Shown here one piece after another: positions 60,817 to 64,000 of a DNA stretch of 64,000 bases. Numbering within the stretch: the first letter of the stretch is position 1; every line of letters begins with the position of its first letter. The position numbers were made by a program, and so were the translations under genes. The DNA lies in NCBI GenBank assembly GCA_044347345.1, contig JBIKUX010000001.1:1-64000 (forward strand), read 5' to 3'. The notes under the pieces were generated by a model, which saw only the letters and a list, made by a program, of their open reading frames with translations, was not told where the DNA came from and did no database searches. The DNA is from Bdellovibrionota bacterium. Lineage in GTDB: Bacteria; Bdellovibrionota_C; UBA2361; JBIKUX01.

Positions 60817-63684
60817 ATGAAAGAAGATAAAAACCTAGAGGGACTACTTAGCAGATGTGACCAAGAACCTATTCATATACCAGGCTCAATTCAACCTCAC
60901 GGCATTCTATTAGGTATAAATAGTGCAGACTATCAAATATGCGTGGTAAGCGAAAATATCTCTATCTGGTTAAATCTCTCTCCAAAAAAGATCATCGGTT
61001 CATCGCTAGACACAATTTTTGAAACCTGTGTAAAAGATGATATTGATGCCCTAAAATCTACGTTATCAGAAAAGCCAGATACTCTTTTACCGCTAAAGAT
61101 TCATTTTAAACCGTCAGTATTAAAAATTTTATCGAATGATAAATCAGCTATTGCTGACTCAAATTCAATAAATATCGGATTTGTTCATCAAGTAGGATCT
61201 TTATTTTTGCTAGAGATTGAACAAGTAGCACAACCTTCGTTGAAAGAGAAATTAGACCCTCACATTGAGTTAAGAAGTTCAATTTCTCAAATGTATCAAT
61301 CTAATTCTATATTAGAAGCTTGCGATATAGCAGCAAATGAAATTCGTCGTATTACGGGATATGACCGAGTAATGATCTATAGATTTGATGAGGATTGGAA
61401 TGGCCAAGTAATTGCAGAGGCAAGAGAATCAACTCAAGATTCATTACTTCATCTCCACTATCCTGCGAGTGATATACCTACTCAAGCTCGTACACTCTAC
61501 ATTAAAAATAAACTGAGAATCATAAGAAATAGAGACTACATACCCAGTAAATTACATTATCACCAAAATTTTAATGATCCCGTTGCTTTTCAAAGTAATC
61601 AATACTTATCAACAAGAGAATTAGATTTATCTCTAGCATCCCTAAGAAGTGCTTCTCCGATACACTTACAATACTTAAAGAATATGGGGGTAACTGCTAC
61701 CTTAACCATGTCCTTAGTAGATGGAGACTCACTTTGGGGACTGATAGCTTGCCATCATTCAAGCCCGAAACATATTTCATACGAACAACGAATATTTTGC
61801 GAATCAATTTCTCTGCTGTTCTCTTGGCTACTAAACGCAAAGGCTCGTCAAACTGATGAAGAACAACGGTTATATTCTCGAGCTATTCTTAATACATTGA
61901 AAGATTCGGTAACTAAAGTCTGTATTTCAGCAAATACGGACTCTCTCTTTAGCGCACTAAATAATTTTGACTCAGTAAATAAAAAAGAACCAGATATACT
62001 AAGATTTGTCGATGCATCTGGGGCGATAATATCCTTACATGATAAACTATATTTTTACGGAAAGTGCCCATCTTTCAATGATTCTAAAAAACTCATTGGT
62101 TGGCTTACAACGCTAAATCTCAATAAACCATTCGTTACACATTGCTTAAAAAATTATTATTCTGAAGCTCAATCTATTACCCATTGCGCTAGTGGTCTAA
62201 TGGTTTTACCCCTCCTTCAAAATGCTCGCGATTTCATAGTTTGGCTGAGGCCCGAATTAATTGAAACTGTTAAATGGGCTGGAAAGAACAGCACTACGAC
62301 AAACACAAACAATCTGAAGGAATTAGAATTATCTCCTCGCAGATCGTTTGCTACTTGGATAGAGCAAAAATTGGGAGAATCCGCACACTGGCTTTATTGG
62401 CAAACTGACCACGCTGAACGCCTAGTGTTATTACTAACTAAAATTATAATCGATAATATGGCGCGCTTAGAAGATTTACGCGCTGTTAACAAAGCAAAAG
62501 ATGAGTTTATTGCTGTTATATCTCATGAACTGCGAACTCCAATCCATGCTATCCTTGGATGGATTGAACTTATTCGAGACAAAAAATTCGATAGCTTGGA
62601 CTTACCCTTTATCCTTGAATGTTTGAAACAGAGCGTATTGTCTCAAGCTAAAATTATAGATGACCTTCTCGATATAGGCAGAGTTTCGCGAGGATCCATG
62701 CATATCGAGCCCTTACGAACTTCTTTAACAGAGGTCGTTAATCGGGCAATTAACTCATTTCAGTCAATAATCACTGATAGGCAAATTAAAATTATTGTAT
62801 CTAGTAACAACAATCTTCCCTCTGTTTTTGTAGATCCTGAGAGAATACAACAGGTATTTGCGAATATATTGAATAATGCAATAAAATTTTCCCCTCAGGG
62901 TGGACAAATAAATATCTCACTTCAGGGTAACAACAAGTCTATACTTTGCCTAATTAGAGATGAAGGATGTGGCATTGAATCTAATTTATTAGAATTTATA
63001 TCAAGTGGTTCCAAATTAGAGAATCTAGCCTTTAATGAGTCTATCCCAAATGCTAAACAAAGCGGTATAGAGAAAAATAATTTAGGGAAAAAAGGTCTCG
63101 GGCTAGGATTATCAATATCGAAGCACATAATTGAACTTCACAATGGTCAAATTAGTATCGCCAACAATACAGAATCTAAGGGAACAACAGTTAATATAGA
63201 AATTCCCATAAATCATCAAATAAATAACTTCTTGCCGTCAGATTATCAAAAGGAGTTTGATTCAAATAATATCCAAGTGTCGCAGAAAATTTGCGATGTA
63301 AATAATAATAAAAAACATATCCTTTTGTTGGAGAGGGATTCCGAATATGTACAATTTTTTTCTAATCATCTAAACGATAAAACAATCGAGATTACTCATA
63401 CAAACCGCGGAGATACTGGTCTTGAGCTCGCATTATCGCGCTTTTACGACTTAATAATATCGGATATCACTTTACCATATATGAATGGAGTTGAATTTAT
63501 TACTCGACTCAATACGCACTATCATCTGCGTGGCCTTAAAATTCCGAGCAGTATCGCAGTATCATCCTCTTATCGCAAAGAAGATATAAGTCAAGCACTT
63601 GCCGCTGGATTTACAGTGCATCTTACAAAACCTATCACAGTTTCAGCTTTAATGGAGGCAGTAACCACGCTTCTTTTTGCGTAA
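60817..63684 (+). CDS. bphP: Bacteriophytochrome hybrid histidine kinase (PAS-GAF-PHY-HisKA-HATPase-REC)
   Basis: CDQEPIHIPGSIQPHG (N-terminal Cys), DRVMIYRF, PASDIP, SPIH..YL.NM, PRRSF, SHELRTP, NNAIKF, GLGL, C-terminal REC DLIISD...KP. Confidence 0.95.
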   Translation: MKEDKNLEGLLSRCDQEPIHIPGSIQPHGILLGINSADYQICVVSENISIWLNLSPKKIIGSSLDTIFETCVKDDIDALKSTLSEKPDTLLPLKIHFKPSVLKILSNDKSAIADSNSINIGFVHQVGSLFLLEIEQVAQPSLKEKLDPHIELRSSISQMYQSNSILEACDIAANEIRRITGYDRVMIYRFDEDWNGQVIAEARESTQDSLLHLHYPASDIPTQARTLYIKNKLRIIRNRDYIPSKLHYHQNFNDPVAFQSNQYLSTRELDLSLASLRSASPIHLQYLKNMGVTATLTMSLVDGDSLWGLIACHHSSPKHISYEQRIFCESISLLFSWLLNAKARQTDEEQRLYSRAILNTLKDSVTKVCISANTDSLFSALNNFDSVNKKEPDILRFVDASGAIISLHDKLYFYGKCPSFNDSKKLIGWLTTLNLNKPFVTHCLKNYYSEAQSITHCASGLMVLPLLQNARDFIVWLRPELIETVKWAGKNSTTTNTNNLKELELSPRRSFATWIEQKLGESAHWLYWQTDHAERLVLLLTKIIIDNMARLEDLRAVNKAKDEFIAVISHELRTPIHAILGWIELIRDKKFDSLDLPFILECLKQSVLSQAKIIDDLLDIGRVSRGSMHIEPLRTSLTEVVNRAINSFQSIITDRQIKIIVSSNNNLPSVFVDPERIQQVFANILNNAIKFSPQGGQINISLQGNNKSILCLIRDEGCGIESNLLEFISSGSKLENLAFNESIPNAKQSGIEKNNLGKKGLGLGLSISKHIIELHNGQISIANNTESKGTTVNIEIPINHQINNFLPSDYQKEFDSNNIQVSQKICDVNNNKKHILLLERDSEYVQFFSNHLNDKTIEITHTNRGDTGLELALSRFYDLIISDITLPYMNGVEFITRLNTHYHLRGLKIPSSIAVSSSYRKEDISQALAAGFTVHLTKPITVSALMEAVTTLLFA

Positions 63685-63710
63685 TTTAATCAAAAAACTT
63701 CATCTTAGAT

Positions 63711-63739
63711 TTAAGAAATATTCTTAAAAAACCGACTTT
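63711..63739 (+). promoter_or_regulatory. Possible sigma-28 (FliA)-type promoter
   Basis: TAAG-N15-ACCGACTT approximates TAAA-N15-GCCGATAA, 30 bp before the Hpt gene; the match is imperfect. Confidence 0.3.
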
Positions 63740-63769
63740 ACACCGGAAGATAAAACGATCGTGCATATA

Positions 63770-64000
63770 ATGATGGATGAGGAAGATTTTCGAGAATTTC
63801 TCATTGAAAGCTACGAATCTGTAGAGTTTATAAGTAAAAAACTCTCCGAACTTGAAAAAACAAATTACGTTTGTGACGTTATTGATGAAATTTATCGTCG
63901 TGTTCATAAGATTCATGGTATTAGTGGCTTTCTGGAATTTAAAACTCTCGAAAATATTTCAAAACAAGCTCAATTTTTACTGGTAGAATTAAGAAAGGAT
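63770..64000 (+). CDS. Hpt (CheA P1-like) phosphotransfer domain protein, partial
   Basis: Manual translation MMDEEDFREFLIESYE...IDEIYRRVHKIHGISGFLEFKTLE...LR resembles the P1/Hpt pattern IFR..HT.KG..GF; runs off the window and is not in the ORF track. Confidence 0.82.
   Translation, partial: MMDEEDFREFLIESYESVEFISKKLSELEKTNYVCDVIDEIYRRVHKIHGISGFLEFKTLENISKQAQFLLVELRKD

Noticed and set aside
63686-63916. 76-aa minus-strand ORF from the track
   Set aside because: It is the antisense shadow of the plus-strand Hpt ORF starting at 63770, which has a recognisable motif.

Overview
A mostly AT-rich bacterial chromosomal segment; gene content (Tad pilus genes, Hanks kinase/FHA/PP2C, OprP-type porin, HdrF/FadF-type oxidoreductase, partial nuo operon) tentatively suggests a Bdellovibrionota/delta-proteobacteria-like organism. 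From left to right it contains: (1) the left end of an IS3-family element next to a nonsense-interrupted ORF; (2) a 12-gene co-directional run on the minus strand (14929->1090): REC-SpoIIE phosphatase, DUF2231 protein, divergent RelA/SpoT-like nucleotidyltransferase, PP2C, FHA protein, Ser/Thr kinase, CpaE/TadZ, Flp pilin, TadA, TadB, TadC and a lone SctV/FlhA type III export-gate protein; (3) housekeeping and unknown genes (miaB, acyl-CoA dehydrogenase, crotonase, HIT, porin, bcp, dedA, birA, nadC, dnaE, HU); (4) nuoCDEFGHJKLMN without nuoA, nuoB or nuoI; (5) a HelD-like helicase, a hybrid bacteriophytochrome and a partial Hpt gene. The best candidate for a new system is the Tad pilus + solo SctV + phospho-signalling operon, which recalls the Kil (Tad)/needle-less T3SS cooperation of predatory myxobacteria but here sits in one apparent operon. 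Several enzymes appear to lack catalytic or metal ligands (RtcA, PHP, Rieske, receiver domains), and 15-17-bp tandem duplications recur. No tRNA, rRNA or CRISPR array was recognised. All assignments come from motif recognition by eye; no database searches were run.
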